Program-made: the position numbers and the translations under genes | Source: an uncultured Ramlibacter sp. | GTDB lineage: Bacteria > Pseudomonadota > Gammaproteobacteria > Burkholderiales > Burkholderiaceae_C | Direction: 5' to 3' | Length of the DNA stretch: 40,040 bases | Assembly (NCBI GenBank): GCA_964501495.1 | Contig: CAZCTU010000001.1 | Span: 1 to 40,040 of the forward strand | Notes under the pieces: model-generated | Databases searched by the model: none | The model's input: the letters and a program-made list of their open reading frames with translations, nothing else | Told to the model about the DNA's origin: nothing | Shown here: one piece after another, positions 17,532 to 26,857 of the stretch | How positions within the stretch are numbered: position 1 is the stretch's first letter | How the letters are laid out: every line of letters starts with the position of its first letter

Positions 17532-19049
17532 ATGCAGAAACTCCTCCACACCTACACCTCCACCCTGGCCGCCGACAACGACCACCCCTTCCTCCACGGC
17601 CCCTTCACCCCGACGATGGAGGAGTGGGTGGCCGACACCGACAGCATGAAGGTCATCGGGGAAATTCCGAAGGACCTGCATGGCATGTACGTCCGCAACA
17701 CGCACAACCAGGTGCACGAATCCATCGGCATGTACCACCCCTTTGATGGGGACGGCATGCTGCACGCCATGCACTTCGAGGACGGCAAGGCCACCTACCG
17801 CAACCGCTTCGTGCAGACCACTGGCTTCCTGGCCGAGCAGGCGGCGGGCCGGTCGCTGTGGCCTGGCATGCTGTCGCCGCAACTGGGCGCGCGCCGGGGC
17901 TGGGGCGCCATGGGCGCGATGAAGGACAACGCCGGCACCGACGTGAAGATCCACGCGGGCAAGCTGCTGGCTTCCATGTCGCAGGGCAGCGAGCCCTGGC
18001 GCCTGGACCCGTTCACGCTCGAGACCCTGGGCGCCGAGCCGAACTGGGCGATGAAAGTACCCGACGGCGTGGCCTCGCACTACAAGGTGGACAACGCCAC
18101 CGGCGAGATGATGTTCTTCAACTACCCGGAGAAGCCCCCGTACATGAACTACGGCGTGGTGGACAAGAACAACCAACTGGTCCACTACGTGCCGATCGAG
18201 CTGCCCGGCGCGCGCTGGCCACACGACCTGGGCATCACGAAGAACTACACCATCCTGCACGACCTGCCCTTCCACTTCGACGAGCAGCTGCTCGCCAAGG
18301 GCCAGCGCAAGATGATGTTCTACCGGGACAAGCCCGCGCGCTTCGGCGTGCTCCCGCGCTATGGCGATTCGGCCTCGGTGCGCTGGTTCGAGGCCACGCC
18401 CTGCCACATCCTGCACCTGGCCAACTGCTACGAGGACGGCGACTGGGTGGTGATGGACGGCTGCATCATGCCGGACCCGCACAAGCCCAACGTCGGCCAG
18501 TCCCTGGCCGAAGGCCGGCAGGCCGCCTACGACAAGATCCGCGCCCACCTGGACAAGCACAACAACCCGACGCTGATGTACCGCTGGCGCTTCAACATGA
18601 AGACTGGCGAGACCCGCGAGGAGCAGATCGACGACGAGATCACCGAGTTCCCCATCGTCGCCAACGACTACGTGGGCCTGCCCTATCGCTACAGCTACAA
18701 CGTCCTGTACCAGAAGGGCGAGTGGCTGTTCCGCGGCCTCAAGCGCTATGACATGGTCTCGCGCAAGACGCAGAGCCTGGAGTACGGCCCGGGCTGCTAC
18801 GGGAGCGAGCCGCAGGTCGGCCGGCGCATCGGCTCGAAGGCCGAGGACGACGGCTACGTGCTCACCTTCGTGAACAACATGGTCGACAACCGCTCCGAGT
18901 GCTGGGTGATCCCGGCCGAGGACATCACGAAGGGCCCGCTGGCCCGCATCATCCTGCCGCACCGGATCTCAGCCGGCACCCACGCCGCCTGGGTCGAGGG
19001 CGACCGCCTGCACGGCGAGAACCGGGACCCGCGCTACATCCCCGCATGA
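17532..19049 (+). CDS. Carotenoid oxygenase family dioxygenase (CCO-1)
   Basis: HPFDGDGM, YRNRFV, four Fe-ligand His (ASHYK, PHD, LHLAN, GTHAAW), EFP, GSEP and EDDGY. Confidence 0.94.
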   Translation: MQKLLHTYTSTLAADNDHPFLHGPFTPTMEEWVADTDSMKVIGEIPKDLHGMYVRNTHNQVHESIGMYHPFDGDGMLHAMHFEDGKATYRNRFVQTTGFLAEQAAGRSLWPGMLSPQLGARRGWGAMGAMKDNAGTDVKIHAGKLLASMSQGSEPWRLDPFTLETLGAEPNWAMKVPDGVASHYKVDNATGEMMFFNYPEKPPYMNYGVVDKNNQLVHYVPIELPGARWPHDLGITKNYTILHDLPFHFDEQLLAKGQRKMMFYRDKPARFGVLPRYGDSASVRWFEATPCHILHLANCYEDGDWVVMDGCIMPDPHKPNVGQSLAEGRQAAYDKIRAHLDKHNNPTLMYRWRFNMKTGETREEQIDDEITEFPIVANDYVGLPYRYSYNVLYQKGEWLFRGLKRYDMVSRKTQSLEYGPGCYGSEPQVGRRIGSKAEDDGYVLTFVNNMVDNRSECWVIPAEDITKGPLARIILPHRISAGTHAAWVEGDRLHGENRDPRYIPA

Positions 19050-19771
19050 GGCCCGTCACGCCCGCCCTTACGCCCGCCATCCCGCCGGAGCTGGCCCTGG
19101 TCCCGGGCCTGAACAACACCGCCGCCGTGTTCACGGGGGTTCGCGCCGCCCTGCCCCCGACGATCCGCGCGCATGCGCTGGACAACCCGCCGCTGGACTC
19201 GGTGGAGGCGATCGCCGCCTGGTGGCTGGAGCGGCTGCCCCCCCGCTTCTGGCTGGCCGGCTTCTCCTTCGGTGGCTATGTGGCCCTGGCCATGCTGGAG
19301 GCGGCCCCCGAGCGGGTGGCCGGCTTCGCCCTCCTCTGCTCCGGTCCGCAGGCCGACTCGCCCGAGGCCGCCCAGCGCCGGCTGGCATCGCTGGAGGCGG
19401 TGGCCCAGGGCCGCTACTTCGAGCTGATGGAGCAGGTGGCGGCCAACGCCTTCCACCCGGACAGCCTGGCCGACGCGGCGCTGATGGAGAGACGCCGTCA
19501 GATGGTGCGGGCGTATGGCCCCGAGCGCTACGCCGCCCATGTGCGGGCCACGGCCGCCCGCCCGGACCGCAGCCACCTGCTCGATGGCACACGCCCCACG
19601 CTGGTGATGGCGGCCTCGCACGACAAGCTGTTCCCGCCAGCCTCGATGTCGGACCTGGCCAGCGGCATTACCGGTGCGCGCTTCGTCAGCGTCGAAGGCG
19701 CCGGCCACCTGGTGCCGATGGAAAAGCCCCGGGAAGTAGCCGCCTGGCTGGCGGCCTGGGTCCTCGGCTGA
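19046..19771 (+). CDS. Alpha/beta fold hydrolase
   Basis: GFSFGGYVA, SHDKLFP and GAGHLVPME; ATGA overlap with CCO-1. Confidence 0.88.
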   Translation: MRPVTPALTPAIPPELALVPGLNNTAAVFTGVRAALPPTIRAHALDNPPLDSVEAIAAWWLERLPPRFWLAGFSFGGYVALAMLEAAPERVAGFALLCSGPQADSPEAAQRRLASLEAVAQGRYFELMEQVAANAFHPDSLADAALMERRRQMVRAYGPERYAAHVRATAARPDRSHLLDGTRPTLVMAASHDKLFPPASMSDLASGITGARFVSVEGAGHLVPMEKPREVAAWLAAWVLG

Positions 19772-19876
19772 TCCCCGAGGGGCGGCGCCCGGGGAGCGCT
19801 GCGCCCTTGCCGTCCTTCAAGCGGGAGCTCCGAGGCTGATTCCGATGCCGGTGCCCCCGCAGGCTCCGGACAGTCT

Positions 19877-21418
19877 TCAGGCACCCGCGCCGAGCCGCTC
19901 CATCACCGGCCGCTTGAGCGCCAGGGTGACCGTCTTCTCCTCGGTGTAGAAGTGACGCATGCCCTCGATGCCCTCGCGCCCGACGCCCGAGTTCTTGTAG
20001 CCGCCGAAGGGAAAGCGCAGGTCCAGCAGCATGGGCGTGTTGACCAGCACCACCCCGGCCTCCAGGGCCTGCGCGGCCTGCTGGGACTGCCTCAGGTCGT
20101 TGGTCCACAGGTAGGACACCAGGCCGTAGTCGGAGTCGTTGGCGATCGCCAGCGCCTCGTCGAAGTCGTCGAACACCTGGAAGGCCGCCACCGGGCCGAA
20201 GATCTCCTCCTGGCAGATCCGCACCGAATTTGAATCGACCAGGACTGCCGTCGGCTCCAGGTAGTAGCCCTGCGCCAGGCCCGCCGGACGGCGGCCTCCG
20301 CACAGCAGCCTGCCGCCCTCGGACTGGGCGCTGTCCACGAAGGACATCACCCGCGCGTAGTGGGATGCGTTGGCCAGCGGGCCGACCTCGGTGGCCGGGT
20401 CCAGCGGGTCGCCCACCCGGATGGCCCGGGCGCGCTCGACGAAGCGCTCGATGAAGCGGTCGGCAATGGAGCGTTCCAGCAGGATGCGAGAACCCGCGAA
20501 GCACTGCTGCCCGTTGTTGGTGTAGATCGAGGTGAGCGCCCCGTCCAGCGCATCGTCCAGGTTGGCGCTGGCGGTGATGATGTTGGCCGATTTGCCGCCC
20601 AGCTCCAGGTCGACCCGCTTGAGCCCGGGCGCTGCGGCGGCAGCGATCTGCCGGCCGGTGGCGGTGCCACCGGTGAAGGAGACCACCCGCACCGCCGGGT
20701 GCGAGACCAGAGCCTGGCCGGTGATGCCGCCGCGGCCGTTGACCATATTGACCACGCCCGGCGGCACACCCGCCTCGGTGAGGATGTCCATGAAACGGGC
20801 CACCGCCAGCGGCGTGGTCTCGGCGGTCTTGACCACGCAGCAGTTGCCGAAGGCCAGGGCCGCGGCGATCTTGGTCGAGGCCAGGGCCAGCGGCGCGTTC
20901 CAGGGCGAGATCAGGGCCGCCACGCCGGCCGGCTCGCGCAGCACGTAGCGCAGGTAGGCGTCGTCCTGCTGGCCGGCCTTCTCGACGTTCTGCGACAGCC
21001 AGTCGGCGAAGAAGTCGAAGTTGCGGCAGATGCGCGGGAGCTGGCGCTGGCGCAGGTAGCGAAGCGGCAGGCCGCTGTTGACGCACTCCAGCGCCGCGAG
21101 TTCGTCCAGGCGCTCGCGGGTGAGCGCGACGATGCGCCGGAAGACGGCCTGCCGGTCGGCCGCGGGAAGATTGCGCCAGACCCCGGCCTGGTGGGCCTGA
21201 CGGGCGGATTCGACGGCGCGGGCGGTCTCGGCGGCATCGGCTTCCGACAGGCGCGAGACCACCTGCCCGGTGGCCGGGTTGACGACATCCAGCAAGTGCG
21301 GCCCTGCGGGTTGCCATTGCCCGCCGATGTAGCTGGTGACGAGGTCCGGCACCCCGGGGGGTGCGTACGTCGGAGGCGCGGACGGGGCGGTCTTGGGGGG
21401 CGTGGTGGTCTGGGTCAT
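19877..21418 (-). CDS. Aldehyde dehydrogenase, 2-hydroxymuconic-semialdehyde DH / ALDH8-like
   Basis: ISPWNAP, SFTGG, ELGGKS, GQQCFAGSR, EEIFGP and DLRFPFGGYK.SG.GREG. Confidence 0.93.
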   Translation of the reverse strand: MTQTTTPPKTAPSAPPTYAPPGVPDLVTSYIGGQWQPAGPHLLDVVNPATGQVVSRLSEADAAETARAVESARQAHQAGVWRNLPAADRQAVFRRIVALTRERLDELAALECVNSGLPLRYLRQRQLPRICRNFDFFADWLSQNVEKAGQQDDAYLRYVLREPAGVAALISPWNAPLALASTKIAAALAFGNCCVVKTAETTPLAVARFMDILTEAGVPPGVVNMVNGRGGITGQALVSHPAVRVVSFTGGTATGRQIAAAAAPGLKRVDLELGGKSANIITASANLDDALDGALTSIYTNNGQQCFAGSRILLERSIADRFIERFVERARAIRVGDPLDPATEVGPLANASHYARVMSFVDSAQSEGGRLLCGGRRPAGLAQGYYLEPTAVLVDSNSVRICQEEIFGPVAAFQVFDDFDEALAIANDSDYGLVSYLWTNDLRQSQQAAQALEAGVVLVNTPMLLDLRFPFGGYKNSGVGREGIEGMRHFYTEEKTVTLALKRPVMERLGAGA

Positions 21419-21436
21419 GGCAGGAAGGGGCGGGTT

Positions 21437-22228
21437 TCAGCCGGCAGCGTGGCTGCCGCCGTTGACGTGCAGGGTCTGGGCGGTGATGTAGGAGGCGGCG
21501 GGACCCAGGAGGAACAGCAGCACGCTGGCGATCTCCATCGGCGTGCCCAGGCGGCCCAGGGGCACGCCGGTCACGAAGCGGTCCATGTCCAGCCGGGTGG
21601 ACTTCTCGGGCCGGCCGGTGCCGCCTTGCAGGAAGGCGGTGTCGATGACGCCGGGCGCGAGGCCGTTGACGCGGATGCCCGGGGCCCATTCGGTGGCCAG
21701 GGCCCGCACCAGGTTGATCACGCCGGCCTTGGACGCGGCATAGGGGCCGTAGCCCACATGCGGCACCCGCACGCCGAAGGTGGAGGCGGCCATCACCGCC
21801 GCCGGCTTCCGGCCCGCGGCCTCGGCCCGCCGCAGCAGGGGCGCGGCGCCGCGCGCCACGAGGAACATCCCGCGCAGGTCGGTGTTGACGATCGCGTCCC
21901 ACTCCGCGGCGGCCATGTCCTCGATGCGGATCCGCTCGCCGGTGTAGCCGGCCAGGTTCACCAGGAAGTCGAGGTGCCCCCAGTCGGCGGCCAGCGCCTC
22001 GAAGGCGGCGACCACCTGGGCTTCGTCGGACACGTCGCAGGCGCGGGACCAGACGCCGGGCGGCGGCGGAAAGGCCTCGAGCGAGCGCGTCATGTCGAGC
22101 ACGGCCACCTCCAGGCCCAGGGCCCGGGCGGCCCCGACCAGCGCGCGGCCCATGCCGCCACAGCCGCCCACCACCAGAAGCCGGCTGCCGGCGGGCGGGG
22201 TGAAGGCGGGAAGTTCAGGGGTGTCCAT
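21437..22228 (-). CDS. SDR family NAD(P)-dependent oxidoreductase
   Basis: GGCGGMG, LVNLAG, YAASK and IRVNGLAPG. Confidence 0.92.
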   Translation of the reverse strand: MDTPELPAFTPPAGSRLLVVGGCGGMGRALVGAARALGLEVAVLDMTRSLEAFPPPPGVWSRACDVSDEAQVVAAFEALAADWGHLDFLVNLAGYTGERIRIEDMAAAEWDAIVNTDLRGMFLVARGAAPLLRRAEAAGRKPAAVMAASTFGVRVPHVGYGPYAASKAGVINLVRALATEWAPGIRVNGLAPGVIDTAFLQGGTGRPEKSTRLDMDRFVTGVPLGRLGTPMEIASVLLFLLGPAASYITAQTLHVNGGSHAAG

Positions 22229-22246
22229 GTGTGTCTCTCGTTCTGA

Positions 22247-23065
22247 TCAGGGTTCGTGGATCTCGGGCGGCTGCAGGCGCCGCCGGGGCCGGGTCTGCCA
22301 GGCGGCCTCGACCTCGCGGACCATGGCCACCAGGCGGGGCCCCAGCTCCTCGCGGAGCTCGGCGGGCGAGAGCGCGCTGGCCGGGCCGGCGCAGTGGAAG
22401 GCATAGAGCGTCTTGCTGCTCTCCAGCATCAGGGGCACGCCCACGCCACTCACGTCACGCCCCCAGGAACGGCGGGTGGTGACGAAGCCCTGGCGCCGGA
22501 ATTCGAGGTGGGCCTGCTCGATGCCCCGCCGCAGCGCGGGCCATTCCTTGCCGTGGCGCTGGTGCAGGCGCTCCAGCAGCTGCTCGCGCTCGCGGATCGG
22601 CGCGGCCATGAGGTAGGCCAGCCCCAGGGAAGTGGTCGGAATGGGCAGCACCGTGCCCGCGTCCATGTTGATCACCACGCGGGTATCGGTCGGCGGATGC
22701 ATCACCTCCAGCACCAGCATGCCCAGGCGGTCCCGCGTGGCCAGCGACACGGTGAAGCGGGTTTCGCGGCTCAGGGCCTCCATGAAAGGGCGCGCCACCC
22801 GCTGCAGGCCGATCTGCCGCTGCACGCTCACGCCCATGCCGATCAGGCGGGTGCCCATGAGGAGCTTGCGGCTGCCCGGGTCCACCCGCAGGTAGCCCAG
22901 GTCCACCAGGGTGCTGGTCAGGCGCGACACCGTGGCCTTGGGCAGGCCGGTGATCTCCACCAGGTCCTGGTTCCCCAGGAGCTGCCCCTCCGAAAAGGAG
23001 GACAGGATCTCCAGGCCCTTGGCCAGCGAGTGGACGAAGTCGGGCCGCTGGTCGGGAATCGCCAT
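22247..23065 (-). CDS. IclR family regulator (PcaR/PobR-like)
   Basis: DFVHSLAKGLEIL...GLPKATVSRLTSTLVDLGYL HTH; TSLGLAYL. Confidence 0.92.
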   Translation of the reverse strand: MAIPDQRPDFVHSLAKGLEILSSFSEGQLLGNQDLVEITGLPKATVSRLTSTLVDLGYLRVDPGSRKLLMGTRLIGMGVSVQRQIGLQRVARPFMEALSRETRFTVSLATRDRLGMLVLEVMHPPTDTRVVINMDAGTVLPIPTTSLGLAYLMAAPIREREQLLERLHQRHGKEWPALRRGIEQAHLEFRRQGFVTTRRSWGRDVSGVGVPLMLESSKTLYAFHCAGPASALSPAELREELGPRLVAMVREVEAAWQTRPRRRLQPPEIHEP

Positions 23066-23087
23066 CAGGTCGCCGCCCTGCCCGTCT

Positions 23088-24320
23088 TCATCCGCGCTCG
23101 ACCACGAAGCTCACCACCGTGGCGCAGGAGCCGCCGATGTTGAGGGTCTGCAGCCGGCGCGCGCCTTCGATCTGGGTTTCGCCGGCCTGGCCGCTGACCT
23201 GGCGGGCGGCGTCCAGCACCATGCGCGATCCGGTGGCGCCCACCGGGTGGCCGCAGCCGATGAGGCCGCCGCTCATGTTCACCGGGCAGCGGCCGCCGGG
23301 GGCGATGCTGCCGTCTTCCACCGCCTGCCAGCTCTGGCCAGGCGGGGTGAGGCCCAGGTGGTCGATGGCGGCGTACTCGGTGGTGGTGAAGCAGTCGTGG
23401 GTCTCCACGCCGTCCATGGCGTCGACACCGGACACACCGGCGCGGCGCCAGGCGTCTTCCAGCGCCTGGCGCAGGTGCGGGAAGACATAGGGCTGGCCCT
23501 GGCTGCGATCGAACTTGTCCTGCAGGCGCAGGCCGGCGTTGCGGTGGCCCCAGCCGCTGATGCGCGGAATGTCCTCCAGCCGCTGGCCGGTGCGGCGGGC
23601 ATGGGCCTGGGCGAATTCGGCCGAGGCCAGGATGAGGCCGCAGGCGCCGTCGGTGATCTGGCCGCAGTCCTGCCGGCGGGTGCCGGGCTCGATCACCGGG
23701 TTGGCCTGGTCGTCGTCGGTGAAACTGAGTTCGTCGAACTTCCAGCCGCGGGTCTGGGCCAGCGGGTTGCGTTTGGCGTTGCCGTAGTTGATCTCGGCGA
23801 TGCGATTGAGGTGCTTGCGGTCCAGCCCGTAGCGTCGCTCGTACTCCATCGCCACCCGGCCGAAGACCGCCGGCCACATGAAGGTGCAGTCAAAACCCTC
23901 ATGGCCCTGCCAGGCGGCGGCGTTCTGGTTCACCGAGGCCTCGTTGCCCGGGAGGTTCTTGAACTCCTCCACCCCCAGCACCAGGGAGCAGTCGTAGCGG
24001 CCCGCCTCGATCTCGGCCATGGCCGCCAGGATGCTCAGCGAGGAGGACGCGCAGGCGCCTTCGTGTCGCATGGCGGGCACGCCCCAGAGCTCGGGCACCA
24101 CCTGGGCCACCATCGCGCCCAGGTGGGCCTGCTGCCGCTGCAGCTCGCCGAAGGCGTTGCCCACGTGGATGCTCTGGACGGCGCTGGCGTCCAGCCCGGC
24201 GGCCTCCAGCGTGCCCAGGGTGCCCTCGCGGGTCATGTCGGAGATGTCCTGGCCCTGGTGGGCCCAGGCCTTGGCGAAGTCGGTCTGGTAGCCGCCGAGG
24301 ATGTAGACGGGAGCGGTCAT
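23088..24320 (-). CDS. SCP2-type thiolase (acetyl-CoA acyltransferase)
   Basis: EGACASS catalytic Cys, HDCF loop, SGGLIG.GHPVGATG and DC..ITDG; start at MTAPVYILGG. Confidence 0.92.
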   Translation of the reverse strand: MTAPVYILGGYQTDFAKAWAHQGQDISDMTREGTLGTLEAAGLDASAVQSIHVGNAFGELQRQQAHLGAMVAQVVPELWGVPAMRHEGACASSSLSILAAMAEIEAGRYDCSLVLGVEEFKNLPGNEASVNQNAAAWQGHEGFDCTFMWPAVFGRVAMEYERRYGLDRKHLNRIAEINYGNAKRNPLAQTRGWKFDELSFTDDDQANPVIEPGTRRQDCGQITDGACGLILASAEFAQAHARRTGQRLEDIPRISGWGHRNAGLRLQDKFDRSQGQPYVFPHLRQALEDAWRRAGVSGVDAMDGVETHDCFTTTEYAAIDHLGLTPPGQSWQAVEDGSIAPGGRCPVNMSGGLIGCGHPVGATGSRMVLDAARQVSGQAGETQIEGARRLQTLNIGGSCATVVSFVVERG

Positions 24321-24352
24321 GGCATGTCTTTCTGTTGGGGGCAATCACCGCT

Positions 24353-25840
24353 TCAGGCGGGAACCTGCCAGTCGGAGCGGATCTCGGAGGCGTCGGCCCA
24401 GCACGAGTGCGTGCCGCTGCTGATGCGGTGCGGCAGGAGGATGCGGGCCACCGGGCCCTTGCTGATATCGCGCGCGTCGAGCACCACGCACTCGGAGCGG
24501 TCGGTGTTCATGTCGGTGACGAAGCTCACCACGTAGCCGTCGTCCTCGTCCCCCGGGCCGGTCCCGGCGTCGTGGCAGGGCGCCATCGGCGACTCGCTGC
24601 CGAAGCGGCCTTCGCCAAACAGGTACTGCTGCGACTGGCCGGTGACATGGTCGTAGCGCAGGATGCCGTCGAACAGGAAGGCGCCCGGGTGCGCGATCAT
24701 GTTGTACGAGTAGCGGTAGGGACGGCCCCAGTAGCGGGCGTTGACCATGCCGAACTCGAAATAGCGCTCGTCGAGGCGGCGCTCGCGCACCGCGCCGGTG
24801 GCCAGGTTCAGTCGCCATTCGTAGATCGTGGGGCCGTAGCGCGCCGGGCCCAGGGTGCCGCCGGAGTTGTCGTAGCCGCCGGTGGGCATGGGGGTCTTCT
24901 GGTGGTAGCCATGCAGCACCAGCTCGTCCCCCTCCTCCCATGCATTGAGCCAGTGCAGCACGTAGGTGGGGCTGGCCTCGAACCAGCGGATGCCGGTCTG
25001 CGGGGCGTGGCGACGCGGCACCACCGCGAAACGTGCGGGCTTGTCCGGGTAATAGGAGAGCTTGTGGCGGCCTTGCGCCAGCAGCGCCTCGTCCCAGTGC
25101 AGCGGGAAGTCGTTGAGGATGGCGAAGTTCTCGGTGAACACCATGTCGTGCGGCAGGCGCGGGCCGGGCAGCGGCACCGGCACGTAGTGCACCAGGCGGT
25201 CGTCCTTGTCCACCTCGCCGTAGTGCATGTAGGGCGCCTGCTTGCTGTAGTTGAAGAACAGCAGGTCACCCGTGCGCGGGCACACCTTGGGATGGGCCGA
25301 GATGCCGCCGGTCTCCAGCACCTGGGCGGCCCAGGGCGCGCGGCCTTTCATCTCGAGGGTGCGCGCGTCCAGCCGGTACGGCTCGCCGCACTGGTAGAAG
25401 GTGGTGAGCGCCGAGCCGGCGTGGACGATGACGTCGGTGGCCGAGGTGTCCTTGAGGCCGCCGCGCGCGCCCCAGCCCGGACGCTGCGAGACCGTGGGCT
25501 TGTCGATCAGGCCGCCATAGAGCGCATGCCCCGCGGCCTGCTCCTCCTGGAAGCCCTGCGTGCGGATGAAGCGGTTGCGGTACTCGCAGCGCCCGTCCTG
25601 GAAGCTGAGCATGTGCAGCATGCCGTCGCCGTCGAAGGCATGGTAGGTGCCCAGGGGCTGGTGCACCGGGTTTTGCGTGTTGCGCAGGTAGACGCCGTTC
25701 AGGCGCTTGGGAATCTCCCCGATCACCTCCAGCCCGCTGGCATTGACCTCACGCCAGTTCGGGGTGAAGGGGCCGCTGGTGAAGGGGTGGTGGCCCGCCT
25801 CCAGGGTGTGCAGGGGTTCGTCGACGAAATCGATGCGCAT
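24353..25840 (-). CDS. Carotenoid oxygenase family dioxygenase (CCO-2)
   Basis: YHAFDGDGM, His ligands SAHPK, PHD, VLHWLN and GTHSCW, EDDGY; start ATG 25840 or TTG 25849. Confidence 0.94.
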   Translation of the reverse strand: MRIDFVDEPLHTLEAGHHPFTSGPFTPNWREVNASGLEVIGEIPKRLNGVYLRNTQNPVHQPLGTYHAFDGDGMLHMLSFQDGRCEYRNRFIRTQGFQEEQAAGHALYGGLIDKPTVSQRPGWGARGGLKDTSATDVIVHAGSALTTFYQCGEPYRLDARTLEMKGRAPWAAQVLETGGISAHPKVCPRTGDLLFFNYSKQAPYMHYGEVDKDDRLVHYVPVPLPGPRLPHDMVFTENFAILNDFPLHWDEALLAQGRHKLSYYPDKPARFAVVPRRHAPQTGIRWFEASPTYVLHWLNAWEEGDELVLHGYHQKTPMPTGGYDNSGGTLGPARYGPTIYEWRLNLATGAVRERRLDERYFEFGMVNARYWGRPYRYSYNMIAHPGAFLFDGILRYDHVTGQSQQYLFGEGRFGSESPMAPCHDAGTGPGDEDDGYVVSFVTDMNTDRSECVVLDARDISKGPVARILLPHRISSGTHSCWADASEIRSDWQVPA

Positions 25841-25879
25841 CTCGCTCAATGTCCTTGAATGGGGTTTCGGTGGCTGGCC

Positions 25880-26857
25880 TCAGCGGGCCAGGTGGGCAAA
25901 ACGGTCCGCCGCCTGCCGGTATTCGCCCGCCAGCCGGTCAACCACGGTGGCCACCGGCTCGACCTGCTTGATCGCGCCCAGGCCCTGGCCGGCGGCCCAC
26001 ACGTCCAGCCAGCGCTTGGCGGACAGGGACTGGTTGCTGTCGTAGTTGCGGCCCGGGGCGTCGGGCATGTTGTCGGGGTCCAGGCCCGCCTTGCGCAGCG
26101 TGGGCTTGAGCCAGCTGGCCGGCGTGCCGGTGATGGCGGCGCTGACCACCAGGTCCTCGACGCTGCAGTCCACCAGCATCTGCTTGTAGGCCGGGTCGGC
26201 CTGGCTCTCCACGGTGGGGATGAATCGGGTGCCCATGTAGACCAGGTCGGCGCCGCTGGCGATCGCGCCTGCCACACCCCAGCCGTCGCTGATGCCGCCG
26301 CCGACCACCACCAGGCCGTCGAAGAACTCGCGCACCGCGCTCACGAAGGCGAAGGGCGAGAGGCTGCCCGTGTGGCCGCCTGCGCCGGTGCTGATGCAGG
26401 CCAGGCCGTCGGCGCCGGCAGCCACCGCCTTGCGCGCCAGCGCCAGGGTGGTGACGTCGGCGATGACCTGACCGCCATAGGCGTGCACCACCTCGATGGC
26501 TGGCTTGGGGCTGCCCAGGGCCGTGACCACGATGGGGGGCCGGTAACGCGCCACCAGCGCCAGGTCCTCGGGCAGGCGGGTGTTGGACGAGTGGGTGACC
26601 AGATTGGCCACCCAGGGACCCAGGGTGTGGGCGCCCTGGGTGTCGCGCGCCTCGGCCAGGCCCTCGGTGATGCGCTTCATCCAATCGTCCAGCACGCTGA
26701 TCGGGCGGGCGTTGGGCGTGGGAAACGCGCCGGCGATGCCGGCCTTGCAGGCGGCCAGCACCAGTTCCGGATCGGAGATCAGGAACATGGGCGCGGCCAC
26801 CACCGGCACACGCATGGACGCAAGCCAATCAGGTCGGTTCACGCAGGGTCCGCTCAC
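25880..26857 (-). CDS. Nitronate monooxygenase / FabK-like FMN-dependent oxidoreductase
   Basis: PVVAAPMF, GAGGHTG, GGGISDG, YMGTRF and WAAGQG; start uncertain (GTG 26857 overlapping the Bug stop, or 26842). Confidence 0.9.
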   Translation of the reverse strand: MSGPCVNRPDWLASMRVPVVAAPMFLISDPELVLAACKAGIAGAFPTPNARPISVLDDWMKRITEGLAEARDTQGAHTLGPWVANLVTHSSNTRLPEDLALVARYRPPIVVTALGSPKPAIEVVHAYGGQVIADVTTLALARKAVAAGADGLACISTGAGGHTGSLSPFAFVSAVREFFDGLVVVGGGISDGWGVAGAIASGADLVYMGTRFIPTVESQADPAYKQMLVDCSVEDLVVSAAITGTPASWLKPTLRKAGLDPDNMPDAPGRNYDSNQSLSAKRWLDVWAAGQGLGAIKQVEPVATVVDRLAGEYRQAADRFAHLAR

